Source: a bacterium (lineage in GTDB: Bacteria > SAR324 > XYD2-FULL-50-16 > G965216635). From it: 64,000 nt of DNA. The stretch spans positions 96,001 through 160,000 of the forward strand of contig OZ244188.1 of the NCBI GenBank assembly GCA_965216635.1, given 5' to 3'. The translations under genes and the position numbers were made by a program. Positions 1 through 10,454 of the stretch are shown here, piece after piece (the stretch's first letter is position 1; each line of letters opens with the position of its first letter). Under the pieces are notes generated by a model that did no database searches, had not been told where the DNA came from, and worked only from the letters and a program-made list of their open reading frames with translations.

Positions 1-174
1 CGCTCCTATATCATCTTGTTTTTTAAAATCTTCTGAATATTCAAATTTATATTTCTTACCATCATAAGAAAGTGTTCCTATTTCTAAGTTTTGATAAGAA
101 ACAATAAATTGTTGTGCATCGGAGCTACAATTTAAAGATTTATTAGATTTTAACCAATCTGGTAAAAGTCCCAT
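1..174 (-). CDS. Partial gene running off the window start; resembles a HipA N-terminal (Couple_hipA) domain protein
   Basis: Not in ORF track. Manual translation from ATG at 174: MGLLPDWLKSNKSLNCSSDAQQFIVSYQNLEIGTLSYDGKKYKFEYSEDFKKQDDIGA; the IGTL...Y.FEYSEDF pattern recalls HipA N-terminal subunits. Confidence 0.45.
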   Translation of the reverse strand, partial: MGLLPDWLKSNKSLNCSSDAQQFIVSYQNLEIGTLSYDGKKYKFEYSEDFKKQDDIGA

Positions 175-251
175 TTTTATTTTTATTTTTGAATAAGATT
201 ATAAATTTTATAAAACCTTTGCTTTATTAGTAAATATTAATAGTAAAAATT

Positions 252-2141
252 TCATAATTTTTCAAACCATTTTTTGATAGCAGTTTGTAGGGAAATGGCG
301 TCTAGTCCAGCCCATTTTCTTTGCTCGTCTGCAGTGCCTCCTTTTTCAAAAAATTTATCGGGTACTCCAAAAACTTTTATAGGCTTATTCAAGGTTTTTT
401 CTTGTATCAAAGCCTGTACTCCACTACCAAAACCTCCATAAGCAACATTTTCTTCTAAGGTAATTACTGCCTTAGTTTTTTTGATTTGAGAGACAATAGT
501 TTTTTCATCTAAAGGCTTTACAAATCTAGCATTAATTAGCCCACAAGAAATACCTTCTTTTTTTAAATTTTGGCAAACTATTTCTGCTATAGCCACCATT
601 ATTCCCACTGCTAAAATGCAAATATCGTTTCCTTGGCAAAGAATTTCCGCTTCGCCAAACGGAATTTCTGCCACCTCGTCGTTTTCATTATAAAAAACCT
701 CGCTGCTTCCTCTAGGATAACGTAAAGCTATCGGAGAACTATTATGTTTGTAAAGAATATTGATCATAGAAACTAATTCTTTACCGTCTTTGGGTGTCAT
801 TATTACCATATTGGGAATCATTCTCAAATAGCTCAAATCAAAAATTCCGTGATGAGTAGCCCCATCCGCTCCCACAAAACCTGCTCTATCTAATACAAAA
901 CGAACAGGTAAATTTTGTAAAGAAATATCGTGTATTAGACTATCCAAAGCTCTTTGTAAAAAAGTAGAATAAATGCATACAAAAGGCTTTAAGCCTTGTG
1001 TTGAGGCTCCTCCCGAAAAAGTGACTGCGTGGGCTTCAGCTATACCTACATCAAAAACTCTTTCAGGGAATTCTTGGAATAATTTTGCTAGGCCCGTGCT
1101 AGCAATCATAGCAGCACTAATAGCAATAACTTTTTTGTCTTTTTTAAAAATTTTTGTGAAGTGCTCGCTCCATAAAGAGCTATAACCTTTCCCTGATTTT
1201 TTAGCGTTTTTAAATTGCCCTGTTTCTTTTTCAAAGGGCGTCACCCCGTGATATTTCAAACTATCCCCTTCGGCGTAAGACAAGCCTTTTCCTTTTGTTG
1301 TATAAAGATGTAATAAAACAGGCTGTTGAATATTTTTTATTTTGTCTAAAAAACTTAAAATTTCCTTTAGATTATGTCCATCCAAAGGACCAAAATATTC
1401 AAACCCTAGTTTTTCAAACCATAAACTAGGAGATAAAAACTCCATAAAGGAGGAATTAATTCTTTTCAGAGCAAAAACAAATTTCTTCAAAAAATTTGTT
1501 TTTTCCTGTTCTTTGATTTTTTTTTTAATTTGATTATAGGCTTTAGAACTTTGAATTAAATTAAAGGTTTTACTCAGAGCCCCGACATTTGGATCTATAC
1601 TCATATCATTATCATTAAAAATAACAACAAGGTTTTTTTTAATATGCCCCGCGTGATTCATTGCCTCAAAAGCTAGTCCTCCTGTAAATCCTCCATCCCC
1701 TATAATAGCCACAGTTTTAGCGTTCTTTTTGTGCAACTCTTGAGCAACACACATACCTAGTGCTGCTGAAATAGAAGTAGAAGCGTGTCCAGCACCAAAG
1801 TGGTCATAAGGCGATTCCTTTCTTTTTAAAAATTTACTCACTCCATCTCTAGTACCTATAGTATCAAATGTTTCATTGCGTCCCGTAAGTAATTTATAGC
1901 TATAGGCTTGGTGTCCCACATCCCAAACAATAATATCTTTTTCTAAATCCAGTTTTTTCAGCAAAGCCACAGTAATCTCCACTGTACCCAAAGAAGAGGC
2001 GAGATGTCCTCCCGATTGACTGGTTACCTCAATGATTCTCTGACGGCACTCCTTGACTAATTGTAATAGTTTTTTAGTAGATAAAGCCCTCACATCACTT
2101 GGCTCTTTGATTTTGCTTAAAATTGGATAGTTTGCATTCAT
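252..2141 (-). CDS. dxs: 1-deoxy-D-xylulose-5-phosphate synthase
   Basis: GGHLASSLG, WDVGHQAY, GHASTSISAALG, TPP motif GDGG...NDN, DRAGFVGADGATHHG. Confidence 0.97.
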   Translation of the reverse strand: MNANYPILSKIKEPSDVRALSTKKLLQLVKECRQRIIEVTSQSGGHLASSLGTVEITVALLKKLDLEKDIIVWDVGHQAYSYKLLTGRNETFDTIGTRDGVSKFLKRKESPYDHFGAGHASTSISAALGMCVAQELHKKNAKTVAIIGDGGFTGGLAFEAMNHAGHIKKNLVVIFNDNDMSIDPNVGALSKTFNLIQSSKAYNQIKKKIKEQEKTNFLKKFVFALKRINSSFMEFLSPSLWFEKLGFEYFGPLDGHNLKEILSFLDKIKNIQQPVLLHLYTTKGKGLSYAEGDSLKYHGVTPFEKETGQFKNAKKSGKGYSSLWSEHFTKIFKKDKKVIAISAAMIASTGLAKLFQEFPERVFDVGIAEAHAVTFSGGASTQGLKPFVCIYSTFLQRALDSLIHDISLQNLPVRFVLDRAGFVGADGATHHGIFDLSYLRMIPNMVIMTPKDGKELVSMINILYKHNSSPIALRYPRGSSEVFYNENDEVAEIPFGEAEILCQGNDICILAVGIMVAIAEIVCQNLKKEGISCGLINARFVKPLDEKTIVSQIKKTKAVITLEENVAYGGFGSGVQALIQEKTLNKPIKVFGVPDKFFEKGGTADEQRKWAGLDAISLQTAIKKWFEKL

Positions 2142-2173
2142 TTTTCTATTTTAAGAGGGTTGTATTGGCTTAG

Positions 2174-2358
2174 CTAGTTTAGCCTTGTCTATGTTCGTTG
2201 AAATTTTTTTTTAATGGCGTAGTAAAAAACACTACAAACCTTGCATTTTATACAAATGAAATGAAAAAGTGCCAAAAGGCACTTTTTCTATAGCCCATAA
2301 ATAGTTTCAAGCAATAAGCTTGCTTTGGCTAAACTAGACAAGCAAATTCAAAAGTCTA
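2174..2358 (+). mobile_element. MITE-like modular repeat copy (right part)
   Basis: Near-identical to 4240-4398; ends GCAAATTCAAAAGTCTA; contains hairpin GAAAAAGTGCC-AAAA-GGCACTTTTTC. Confidence 0.8.
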
Positions 2359-2411
2359 TACTATTTGTAAAAAAACGATCCGCCGTCACATAACACCAAC
2401 AGCAAAAAGTC

Positions 2412-3053
2412 TTATTTTTTTTCAGCCATTTTTTCTAGCAACATTTTTGCTAATTGACCAGCAACACCTCCACCTTTTTCTATAATTTTCTCTAAAAGAG
2501 ATTTTGGAAGTTTAGCCTGTGTTTTAAATAATCCCAAAAGGGCGTGATATTTTATATTAAGATCTTTATGTTCTAGTAAATTATAAAGCAAAGAATGGCA
2601 TTTCTTACTACCAAATTTTTGAAAATAAGGGAGCGAATCCAAAACGAGACAGTAATAAAAAGACTTAAATTTGGCGACATTTTCGTTTTTTGCTTGGTGT
2701 TTATTCAGTTCAGATTCTGTTTTTGTTATTTTTTTTAGCAGAGCATTTTCAAAAGAATGCTCTTTTTCTTTCAAAAAATTTTCAAAAAAAACAGGCAGTA
2801 ATATAATATTTTGCTCCTTTAAAAAAATTTCTTCTATTTTTTGAAACTTGTTTTTGAAAGCAATTCTAAATACAGCCCCTATAGCGTAAGATTTGGTGAC
2901 GAGATTATCGTCTTCTAAATGAGGTTGTAAAATTTCTATAACTATTTCCCCTTCTTTTTCTAAACTCAACAATCTAGATTTTGCTTCACTTCTTTTGTCT
3001 TTTTCTTTATGGAATAGTTGGGTTATTAGATCTTCTATTTCAATTCTTAGCAT
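2412..3053 (-). CDS. Hypothetical HEAT-repeat-like protein
   Basis: Helical segments LEDDNLVTKSYAIGAV and LLEHKDLNIKYHALLGL resemble HEAT repeats. Confidence 0.55.
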   Translation of the reverse strand: MLRIEIEDLITQLFHKEKDKRSEAKSRLLSLEKEGEIVIEILQPHLEDDNLVTKSYAIGAVFRIAFKNKFQKIEEIFLKEQNIILLPVFFENFLKEKEHSFENALLKKITKTESELNKHQAKNENVAKFKSFYYCLVLDSLPYFQKFGSKKCHSLLYNLLEHKDLNIKYHALLGLFKTQAKLPKSLLEKIIEKGGGVAGQLAKMLLEKMAEKK

Positions 3054-3200
3054 AAATTAAATTTTATTTTTAAGAGAGAGCTTGATTAACTCATCCAGTT
3101 TAGTCTCCGTATTATTGAACATCGGCACTGAATATTTGCGGTTAGAATTTGCAAAAATTACTCCCGTACTAGAGATTTGTTAAATTAATCCAAAAAAGCT

Positions 3201-4025
3201 CTAAGGGAATTTCGGAAACTTTTTAAAATCGGGTTTTCTCTTTTCCAAATAAGCCTTCTTTCCTTCTTGAGATTCTTCGGTACAGTAGTAAAGCATTGTC
3301 GCATTTCCCGCTAATTCTTGGATACCAGCCTGTCCGTCTAGTTCTGCGTTCAGTCCTGCTTTAATCATTCGCAAAGCAATAGGACTGTGTTGCATCATTT
3401 CTTTGCACCACTTCACAACTTCTGCTTCCAAATCTTCTGCAGGCACAACTGCGTTAACCAACCCCATTTTTAAAGCTTCTGCTGCTGAATATTGGCGGCA
3501 GCAAAACCAGATTTCTCTAGCTTTTTTCTGTCCCACAATTCTTGCTAAATAAGAACTACCAAAACCTGCATCAAAGCTACCGACTTTGGGACCTGTTTGT
3601 CCAAAGATAGCATTTTCTGACGCAATACTCAAATCACAAACGAGGTGCAATACATGTCCGCCTCCGATAGCATAACCGTTCACCATAGCAACAACTGGTT
3701 TGGGAATGGATCTAATCATTTTTTGTAGCTCTAGTACATTCAAACGGGCTACTCCTTTTTCGTCTAGGTAGCCTCCAATAGACTTGTAATTTTGATCTCC
3801 TCCACTGCAAAAAGCTTTATCTCCGTAACCTGTAAAAACAACGCAGTAAATTTCTGGGTTTTCACGAACCAACCGCATAGCCTCTATCATATCATTAACT
3901 GTTCGCGGACGGAAAGCATTTCTGTATCTTGCGCGGTTGATAGTGATTTTTGCAATGCCTTGATAAAAATCAAAAAAAACATCTTCAAAATCCGCTAGTT
4001 TTTGCCAGTTTAGTTTAGTTCCCAT
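3201..4025 (-). CDS. menB: 1,4-dihydroxy-2-naphthoyl-CoA synthase
   Basis: [44 protein letters not shown]. Confidence 0.97.
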   Translation of the reverse strand: MGTKLNWQKLADFEDVFFDFYQGIAKITINRARYRNAFRPRTVNDMIEAMRLVRENPEIYCVVFTGYGDKAFCSGGDQNYKSIGGYLDEKGVARLNVLELQKMIRSIPKPVVAMVNGYAIGGGHVLHLVCDLSIASENAIFGQTGPKVGSFDAGFGSSYLARIVGQKKAREIWFCCRQYSAAEALKMGLVNAVVPAEDLEAEVVKWCKEMMQHSPIALRMIKAGLNAELDGQAGIQELAGNATMLYYCTEESQEGKKAYLEKRKPDFKKFPKFP

Positions 4026-4139
4026 AAATTTAAGTTGTTGTGTTGTTATTTTATTTGCATTTTAGATAAAAAAATACTATCTTTAATAAAACTACTAGAA
4101 ATTGTATGAAAATTACAATTATAGTTTTAATTTATTCTA

Positions 4140-4398
4140 TAGACCTTTAAGTTTCGCTGATGTGACGGTTATCCAAATGGTTAGAACAGGTGCAAAAAAA
4201 ATTTTTAGCTCGCAGGAATACTCAAGTATTTCAAGAGTTAAAATTTTTTTTTAATGGCGTAGTAAAAAACACTACAAACCTTGCATTTTATACAAATGGA
4301 ATGAAAAAGTGCCAAAAGGCACTTTTTCTATAGCCCATAAAAAGCGTCAAGCAATAAGCTTGTTTTGTCTAAACTAGACAAGCAAATTCAAAAGTCTA
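4140..4398 (+). mobile_element. MITE-like modular repeat, full-length copy
   Basis: Starts TAGACCTTTAAGTTTCGC, ends GCAAATTCAAAAGTCTA (imperfect inverted ends); internal modules shared with many other intergenic copies. Confidence 0.85.
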
Positions 4399-4453
4399 TT
4401 CTAATAACTTATTTTTTCTTATACATAGTTCAGTCCGTATTGCAGATAAATAT

Positions 4454-5917
4454 TTACTTCAAAGGTTTCAAAGTTTTATCTTTAAGAAGGAAAATACTAT
4501 CGGCAACTGATTTCAATAATTCTTGGTCGTGGCTGACAATCAAATAGGCGGCATTGCTTTTTTTTTGGTATTCTAAGAGATATTGAAAAATTTTATTTTG
4601 ATTTTTATTGTCTAGTGAAGAAGTAGGTTCGTCTAAAAGTAAAATTTGAGGTTGGTAAAGAAAAACTCTGGCTATTGCTAATCTTTGTTGTTGTCCGCCT
4701 GAAAGTTGGTAGGAATATTTTTGCAGAATGTTGTGGTTAAGTTGAAATTTATCCATCAAAGATAATATTTTCTCTTCCTTTTCTTTTGCTGTAAATGGAG
4801 TATGTAGGTTTAAACCTTCTAAAAGAATTTGCCTTACAGATATTCTAGGAGATAAAGATTGAGCAGGGTCTTGGAAAACAGAGGCTATAGACTTACGAAA
4901 TTCTCGCCATTCTTTTTTCTTAAAATTCTTTAAATACTGTCCTTTCCAATAAATTTCACCTTGATAAGAGGTTAGGTTTAACAAACTTTTGAGTAGGGTC
5001 GTTTTACCGCTCCCAGATAGCCCCATAATACCTACTGTTTTACCTGCAAAAAGTTCAAAACTAAAATTTTGTAGTATTTTTTCTTGGGGACTCCAAAAAA
5101 AACGGGCTTTTTTTTTGAAAGAGACAGATAGGTTTTTTACTGATAATAAAAGCTCTGCTTTATGGTTTTTTTTTATGGAATTTTTTAAACAATTCAAGGT
5201 TTTTTCTTTTTGGTGTAGGTTGTGTTGTTTAAGGATCTTGTTTTCTATAAGATAAGCCTTGTCCAAAAAGGAATAAAGCATTTTAAGCTTGTGAGAAATG
5301 AATAAAATACTCAAATAATTTTTGTAGCTTTTGAGTATTTTTAGTATTTGCCCTAGTGTTTCATAGTCCAAGGAAGTTGTAGGCTCGTCGGCAATTAAAA
5401 GTTGGGGGGAATTGATAAGTGCAATGCCTAGCATTACACGTTGTCTTTGTCCTCCCGATAATTGGAATGGATAGCGAGAATAGATTTCTTCTGGCAACTC
5501 TAGTTTTTTTAAAAACTGTTTTACTCGGCTCTTTTTTTCTTTGACAGAAAAAGGAAAAAAATAGGCTTCTAGAATTTGAATGCCTATTTTTTTTTGTGGA
5601 TGTAAACTTCCGAAAGTATCTTGAAAAATGATTTTTATCTCTTTTTTTCTTATTTGATTTTTTTGTTTTTCGCTCATTCGCAAAATATCTTTGCCTTTCC
5701 ATAAAATACTGCCTTGTTCTATAAGAAAATCTTTCTTGTTATGAAGTTGTAACAGGCTCAAAGCAAGGGTACTTTTTCCTGATCCAGATTCTCCAATCAG
5801 CGCCATAGATTCTCCTTTATTTAAACAAAAAGAAATATTATTGAGTAGAGGAGCAGTTTGTGCTTTTTGCTTAACAGAGAGAGTGAGGTTTTTTACTTCT
5901 AGTAATGGAAGGCTCAT
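4454..5917 (-). CDS. Peptide ABC transporter ATP-binding protein with two ATPase domains (YejF/Dpp-like)
   Basis: Two Walker A (GESGSGKS, GLSGSGKT), two LSGGQ signatures, ADEPTTSLD and LDEPTSSLD. Confidence 0.9.
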   Translation of the reverse strand: MSLPLLEVKNLTLSVKQKAQTAPLLNNISFCLNKGESMALIGESGSGKSTLALSLLQLHNKKDFLIEQGSILWKGKDILRMSEKQKNQIRKKEIKIIFQDTFGSLHPQKKIGIQILEAYFFPFSVKEKKSRVKQFLKKLELPEEIYSRYPFQLSGGQRQRVMLGIALINSPQLLIADEPTTSLDYETLGQILKILKSYKNYLSILFISHKLKMLYSFLDKAYLIENKILKQHNLHQKEKTLNCLKNSIKKNHKAELLLSVKNLSVSFKKKARFFWSPQEKILQNFSFELFAGKTVGIMGLSGSGKTTLLKSLLNLTSYQGEIYWKGQYLKNFKKKEWREFRKSIASVFQDPAQSLSPRISVRQILLEGLNLHTPFTAKEKEEKILSLMDKFQLNHNILQKYSYQLSGGQQQRLAIARVFLYQPQILLLDEPTSSLDNKNQNKIFQYLLEYQKKSNAAYLIVSHDQELLKSVADSIFLLKDKTLKPLK

Positions 5918-5938
5918 TATTTTTTCTTTTGGGAGTTT

Positions 5939-6853
5939 TTAGATTAGATGGTCTGGAAGTAAAGCAGCTCCTTTAGCTGCTCCGTCTTTTAATTGACTTC
6001 GCACAAATTCTGTTTTTAAGGATCCTTTGTAGTATTTCTGGATTTTTTTCATAGTTTGAGGATATAAAATATCTAGATTAGCTTGACTGCCTGAAAAAGA
6101 AATTACTTGTGGGTCATAAAGATTTATAATAGTTAGTATAGCTAAATAAAAATAGTGAATATATTCCTTAATAAATTTCATTGCTAGCTTGTCTTTTTTA
6201 AGGCTTATCTCGTAAATTTGCTGAATAGGAGAAAAGTTTTTTAAATCGCAAAAATTTCCATCTATACTGGGAGATTGAACGCTGGATGATTGAATGGAGT
6301 TGTAGTTTTTTTTGACTGCTCTGGCAGAAAGGTATTGCTCTAAACAACCTCTTCTACCGCAATAACAATTTTTTCCTTCCAAGGCAATACTCCAATGAGC
6401 AAAATCAGCCATCGTAGTGATTTTGTTATCTAAAATCAAGGCAGCACCAAAACTTTTTCCTAAAACAACACCTACTATAGATTTTTTATTTGTAAATTCT
6501 AAAATAGCTGTTGCTAAAGCAAAACAATGGGAATGCCCAGCTATATTTATTTTTGTATTTGTTTTTTTTTCAAGGTCTAGCTTTAAGTTTTTTTGTTTTA
6601 AACAAGAAATTACAGAAAATGCAACAGTACCATTTTTTTCTAAATAACTTCCTTCTATTGCTATTCCTATTTTATCTAAAACAGAAGTATGGTTTTTTGC
6701 TTCTTGAATAAAATCTAAAATCGTTTGTAATAGGAAAGAATAAGATGGTTTTTCTTTCCAATGGAGTTGTTTGCACCAAGTGGGTTTTAGCGATTTTTGA
6801 TGCAAAAAAACTGCATTTAATTTATTTTCTTTTAAATCTATTCCTAAATTCAT
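5939..6853 (-). CDS. ROK family protein (divergent sugar kinase/regulator)
   Basis: N-terminal LGIDL; Zn motif HWSI...CYCGRRGCLE. Confidence 0.8.
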   Translation of the reverse strand: MNLGIDLKENKLNAVFLHQKSLKPTWCKQLHWKEKPSYSFLLQTILDFIQEAKNHTSVLDKIGIAIEGSYLEKNGTVAFSVISCLKQKNLKLDLEKKTNTKINIAGHSHCFALATAILEFTNKKSIVGVVLGKSFGAALILDNKITTMADFAHWSIALEGKNCYCGRRGCLEQYLSARAVKKNYNSIQSSSVQSPSIDGNFCDLKNFSPIQQIYEISLKKDKLAMKFIKEYIHYFYLAILTIINLYDPQVISFSGSQANLDILYPQTMKKIQKYYKGSLKTEFVRSQLKDGAAKGAALLPDHLI

Positions 6854-6940
6854 AACTGTTGCAAAATTGTTAATTTTCGTGTATCATCTGGTTAATGCTA
6901 ATTAAAAAAAAATTTAAAAGCTATAGCAACCGTTGATTTT

Positions 6941-7249
6941 TTGAGAGTGAAAGAGCATATTGAAATTTTACTAGAAGAACTTAGCGAAGCAAAATGTCAG
7001 CTTTTTGATGTTAGAGAAATCAAAGAATGGCAATCTAGTCAGCTAAAACAGGCTATTTTACAGCCGTTAAGTTTTTTAAAAAAGGGGCTGCTTTATCAAG
7101 AAGCCAATAAAGGAAAAAAAACCTATTTGCATTGTAGCTCAGGAAAAAGAGTCTTTCCAGCATCGGCTTTGTTGCAGGCTCTAGGTTTTAAAGAAATCAT
7201 CCCTTTATCGGAAGGAATAGTGGAATTAAAGGCAATGGGCTTGAAATAA
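6941..7249 (+). CDS. Rhodanese-like domain protein
   Basis: LFDVRE..EW and YLHCSSGKR active-site loop. Confidence 0.8.
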   Translation: MRVKEHIEILLEELSEAKCQLFDVREIKEWQSSQLKQAILQPLSFLKKGLLYQEANKGKKTYLHCSSGKRVFPASALLQALGFKEIIPLSEGIVELKAMGLK

Positions 7250-7250
7250 A

Positions 7251-7340
7251 AAGCTTTGAATTAGGCATAAAATTTGTTTGTGTTACGTATATATATTATT
7301 TCTTTTTGAATCAGGCATTATACTTTGTCTAATTCAAATA
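7251..7340. repeat. Degenerate short copy of the MITE-like repeat
   Basis: CTTTGAATTAGGCAT ... TGTCTAATTCAAA inverted ends match the 13233-13373 subtype. Confidence 0.55.
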
Positions 7341-7393
7341 TCTTTGGTTTAAATATCTTTGGTTTAAATATCTCTGGTTTAAATGTCTTTGGT
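7336..7393 (+). repeat. 15-bp tandem repeat x4 overlapping the bactofilin start codon
   Basis: AAATATCTTTGGTTT units; last unit AAATGTCTTTGGT supplies the ATG. Confidence 0.85.
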
Positions 7394-7880
7394 AGAAATG
7401 CAAAATTTAAATTCCTCTAGCCTGCTAGGTCTGAAAAGTAAATTTTTCGGTGAAATCCTATTTGATAATATACTCCATTTAGAAGGAGAGGTAACAGGAA
7501 AAATCATCGCTAAAGGTTCTGACTCCAGCGTTTTATTAATTGGTAAGCACGCAGTAGTCAAAGCGGATATAGTTGCTGACATTGTTATTGTTGCCGGAAA
7601 ATTTATGGGAAAAGCTTACGCTCCTATTAAATTAGAAATTAAAAAGAAAGGAAAATGCGCAGGTATGATTTTTACATCAGATTTAGTAGTACAAAAGAAG
7701 TCTGCTTTTCACGGACAGTGTTTTATGCTCAAACATTTGGACGATAAAGAAAAAAATAGTATCAAGTTAAAATTATCAGATAAAAATCATCTAACAATTA
7801 CCCCTCGTCTTTTAGAAGATTTTCGCTATCCAAGTTATAAATTAGATTCAAAAGATCCTAAAATAAATGAGAAACCTTAA
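7383..7880 (+). CDS. Bactofilin (polymer-forming cytoskeletal protein)
   Basis: Beta-helix pattern FFGEILF...LHLEGEVTGKI...LLIGKHAVVKADIVADIVIVAGKFMG...LEI. Confidence 0.85.
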   Translation: MSLVEMQNLNSSSLLGLKSKFFGEILFDNILHLEGEVTGKIIAKGSDSSVLLIGKHAVVKADIVADIVIVAGKFMGKAYAPIKLEIKKKGKCAGMIFTSDLVVQKKSAFHGQCFMLKHLDDKEKNSIKLKLSDKNHLTITPRLLEDFRYPSYKLDSKDPKINEKP

Positions 7881-8847
7881 AGTCCTTTCTGGAAGATCTC
7901 ATAGAATTTTTGCAGAAAAAATTTGTAAAAAACTCAGCCTTAAACTTACAGAAATAGACTATATTCAGTTTGATAATGATAATTTTTTGACCCAGATTCA
8001 AGAAAATGTAAGAGAAAGTGATGCTTTTTTTATCCAAACAACCTGCCCTCCAGTTCAAGATGGTATTATAGAAACTTTGATGGTCATAAACACTCTGAAG
8101 CAGGCTTCTGCTGCTAGAATCACTGCGGTGTTGCCTTATTTTCCTTATTCGCGTTCTGATAAAAAAGACCAACCTCGCATTAGTATTACAGCTCGTCTTA
8201 TAGCAGACCTTTTAGAAACCGCAGGTGCTAATAGAGTATTGACTATGGATTTGCATTCTCCCCAAATACAAGGTTTTTTTTCTACTCCCTGCGATCAGCT
8301 CATTGCTACTTCGTTGATTTGTGAGCACTTGAAACAAACAAAAGATTTATCCAATTATGTATTGGTAGCTGCGGATGTAGGAAAATCTAAAACCCTTACA
8401 AACTATACTCATCAGTTAAATTTACCTTTAGCCATAGTAGACAAAAGAAGAATTGGCAATAGCGGAAAAATAGTGCCAACCCACTTAATAGGGAATGTAA
8501 AAGGAAAAAATGCTTTGATTGTAGACGACGAAGTATCTTCTGGAGGAACTTTATGCAAAGCAGCGCAATTTCTATCCGAGAAGGGTGCAAAAAAAATCAT
8601 TGCTGCTGTTGTCCACCCTGTTTTTAGCGGAGAAGTGATTTCTAACCTAAACAATAGCCCCATAGATGAACTCATCATCACAGACAGTATTCCTTTAACT
8701 GGCAAAGAAAAAGGCTGTAACAAAAAAATATCTTTACTCAGTGTAAGTGATTTATTTGCTCAGGCAATTCGTAGAATCCACAACGGAGATTCTGTAGGAG
8801 ATCTCTTTTGGAAATTTTCTAAAGGGGAACCTACCCCTTTTTTTTAA
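7867..8847 (+). CDS. prs: Ribose-phosphate pyrophosphokinase
   Basis: PYFPYSRSDKK, MDLHSPQIQGFF, PRPP motif IVDDEVSSGGTL. Confidence 0.96.
   Translation: MRNLKVLSGRSHRIFAEKICKKLSLKLTEIDYIQFDNDNFLTQIQENVRESDAFFIQTTCPPVQDGIIETLMVINTLKQASAARITAVLPYFPYSRSDKKDQPRISITARLIADLLETAGANRVLTMDLHSPQIQGFFSTPCDQLIATSLICEHLKQTKDLSNYVLVAADVGKSKTLTNYTHQLNLPLAIVDKRRIGNSGKIVPTHLIGNVKGKNALIVDDEVSSGGTLCKAAQFLSEKGAKKIIAAVVHPVFSGEVISNLNNSPIDELIITDSIPLTGKEKGCNKKISLLSVSDLFAQAIRRIHNGDSVGDLFWKFSKGEPTPFF
8821..8845 (+). terminator. Possible intrinsic terminator in the convergent prs/msrA overlap
   Basis: AAAGGGG-AACCTA-CCCCTTT hairpin running into a T8 tract. Confidence 0.5.
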
Positions 8848-9288
8848 GTATGTATTTTTGGTGGTATTCTTCTGCTTTGTAATAATTAGGAAGAAGCTCT
8901 ATTTGAGTCGCAATGGATTTATTAAAAGTGGCTTTTTCTTCTAGCATCTTTTTATATTTTTCTGCTACTTCTAGTTGCTTTTTATCTGTTGCAAAAATCA
9001 CAGAGCGATATTGAGTGCCTATATCCCAACCTTGACGGTTGAGTTGGGTAGGATTGTGGATTTTAAAAAAAAAATCTAAAATTTTCTCGTAACTAATTAC
9101 AGTCTCATCAAAGATTACCTTGACTACCTCAGCGTGATTGGTTTTTTCCCACAGACCTCCTCGTAAGTAGGGTTTTGCGTTATACCTCCGGCATAACCCA
9201 CTTCTGTCTTTAAAACACCTTTTAAAGATTGAAATTTATCTTCTATTCCCCAAAAACAACCTCCTCCTAAAACCGATTCTTTTTTCAT
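8831..9288 (-). pseudogene. msrA: Peptide methionine sulfoxide reductase MsrA, frameshifted as sequenced
   Basis: Not in ORF track. [16 protein letters not shown]...GYAGG...[10 protein letters not shown], then a 1-nt frameshift in the A6 run (T 9142-9147), continuing TNHAEVV...NRQGWDIGTQYRS...AEEYHQKY to TAG at 8831; span 458 nt is not a multiple of 3. Confidence 0.9.
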
Positions 9289-10037
9289 TTTTCTGGTTCC
9301 TGTATTTCTTCTACTGGTGGCTCTGGCTCTGGATCAGGAAAAGCCTCCATAAGTTTTTGCTTCAATAATTCGGTCAATTTTTTTTCAATATAATGTTCTA
9401 CATTTTGCTCTTCTGCCATTGCATCTTCTGCGAACTGACTCTCATCGTCTAGGTCTTTAATTCTTTCAATACAAATAAAAATAAAGGCTAAAGCAATCAA
9501 TCCCACACAGGAAATCGATTGTAAACGTTTGAAAATTTCATCTATTTTTTCATTAAAATCATTTAGTCTAATAATGGAGGATTCATCTGCTATATTTGGA
9601 ATGCTTCTAGATTTCCCCAAAACTAGAAAAGAAAGTAATTCTTTACAAATTATCCATAATCTTCTTTCTAAATCAGAAATATTTCTATTACTTCCGAAAT
9701 AAATCAACGCAACCTCTAAAAAATCTCGCACAGTATTTACATCAAAAAGAACAAATGGGTTTCTTTCTTTTTCTAATTTTATACGCTTTACTAAAGCATA
9801 GATCATTTTTTTAAATATAATATAAATATCTTCTCTAGAGTCGTACAAATTATCTATTTCAGAAAACCCAAACCCTCCAAGTGGGTTATCAATAAATGAA
9901 GCTCGTTTTAAAGTAACACTAGATGTTTTTCCTAACTCAAATAAGTAATTGGTTATACCTACTAACCTAGAAGGTAAGTTTTTGTCCCTACCTTTATCAA
10001 ATTCATCAAAAAATTCTTGTAAAGTAGATTTAGTCAT
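9285..10037 (-). CDS. Hypothetical protein, ATGA-coupled to msrA
   Basis: 250-aa ORF with acidic Pro-rich C-tail; its TGA overlaps the msrA ATG; no recognisable motif. Confidence 0.6.
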   Translation of the reverse strand: MTKSTLQEFFDEFDKGRDKNLPSRLVGITNYLFELGKTSSVTLKRASFIDNPLGGFGFSEIDNLYDSREDIYIIFKKMIYALVKRIKLEKERNPFVLFDVNTVRDFLEVALIYFGSNRNISDLERRLWIICKELLSFLVLGKSRSIPNIADESSIIRLNDFNEKIDEIFKRLQSISCVGLIALAFIFICIERIKDLDDESQFAEDAMAEEQNVEHYIEKKLTELLKQKLMEAFPDPEPEPPVEEIQEPEK

Positions 10038-10289
10038 TGTAATTAAAGTTAAGTGTTAAAATTTTGGATCACACAGATCATAGTTAGTTCACTTGTTTCT
10101 AGCATAAAAGAAAATAAAAACATTTATTAATAATTAATAATCCAATTTATAAATATTTTCAATCAAATTTAATACTAGAACAATTTTTTTTTTATCGTTC
10201 TTATCCAAAAATTGAACTATATTCATTTTGTAGCACTTATTTCTTAATTTTGCAACAGTTTGAAGGGTTTTCTGAAAATTTTAATATTT

Positions 10290-10445
10290 TTGATTAGGCA
10301 TTTATAGAAAAGATAGACGAGTGGTGGTAAGTTTTTCACTATAAAAGCAATTATTTCTACGAGCAAATTTTTTTTCGCACCTGTTTATAACCATTTGGCT
10401 AGCCATCACAGCATGTTTTATTTTATTTGGCAAATTCAAAGGATT
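10290..10445 (-). repeat. Degenerate MITE-like repeat copy
   Basis: Contains TTTCGCACCTGTTTATAACCATTTGGCTAGCCATCACA and ends ATTTGGCAAATTCAAAGG. Confidence 0.7.
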
Positions 10446-10454
10446 TAACTCAAT

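Noticed and set aside
3056..3180. About 40-codon open frame between menB and the HEAT-like gene
   Set aside because: Bounded by a stop with no suitable start and no recognisable similarity
4365..4547. Small ORFs starting in repeat ends (also 34116-34322, 42193-42390, 61815-62021)
   Set aside because: They begin in or lie within the MITE-like repeat and show no protein motifs; no transposase similarity
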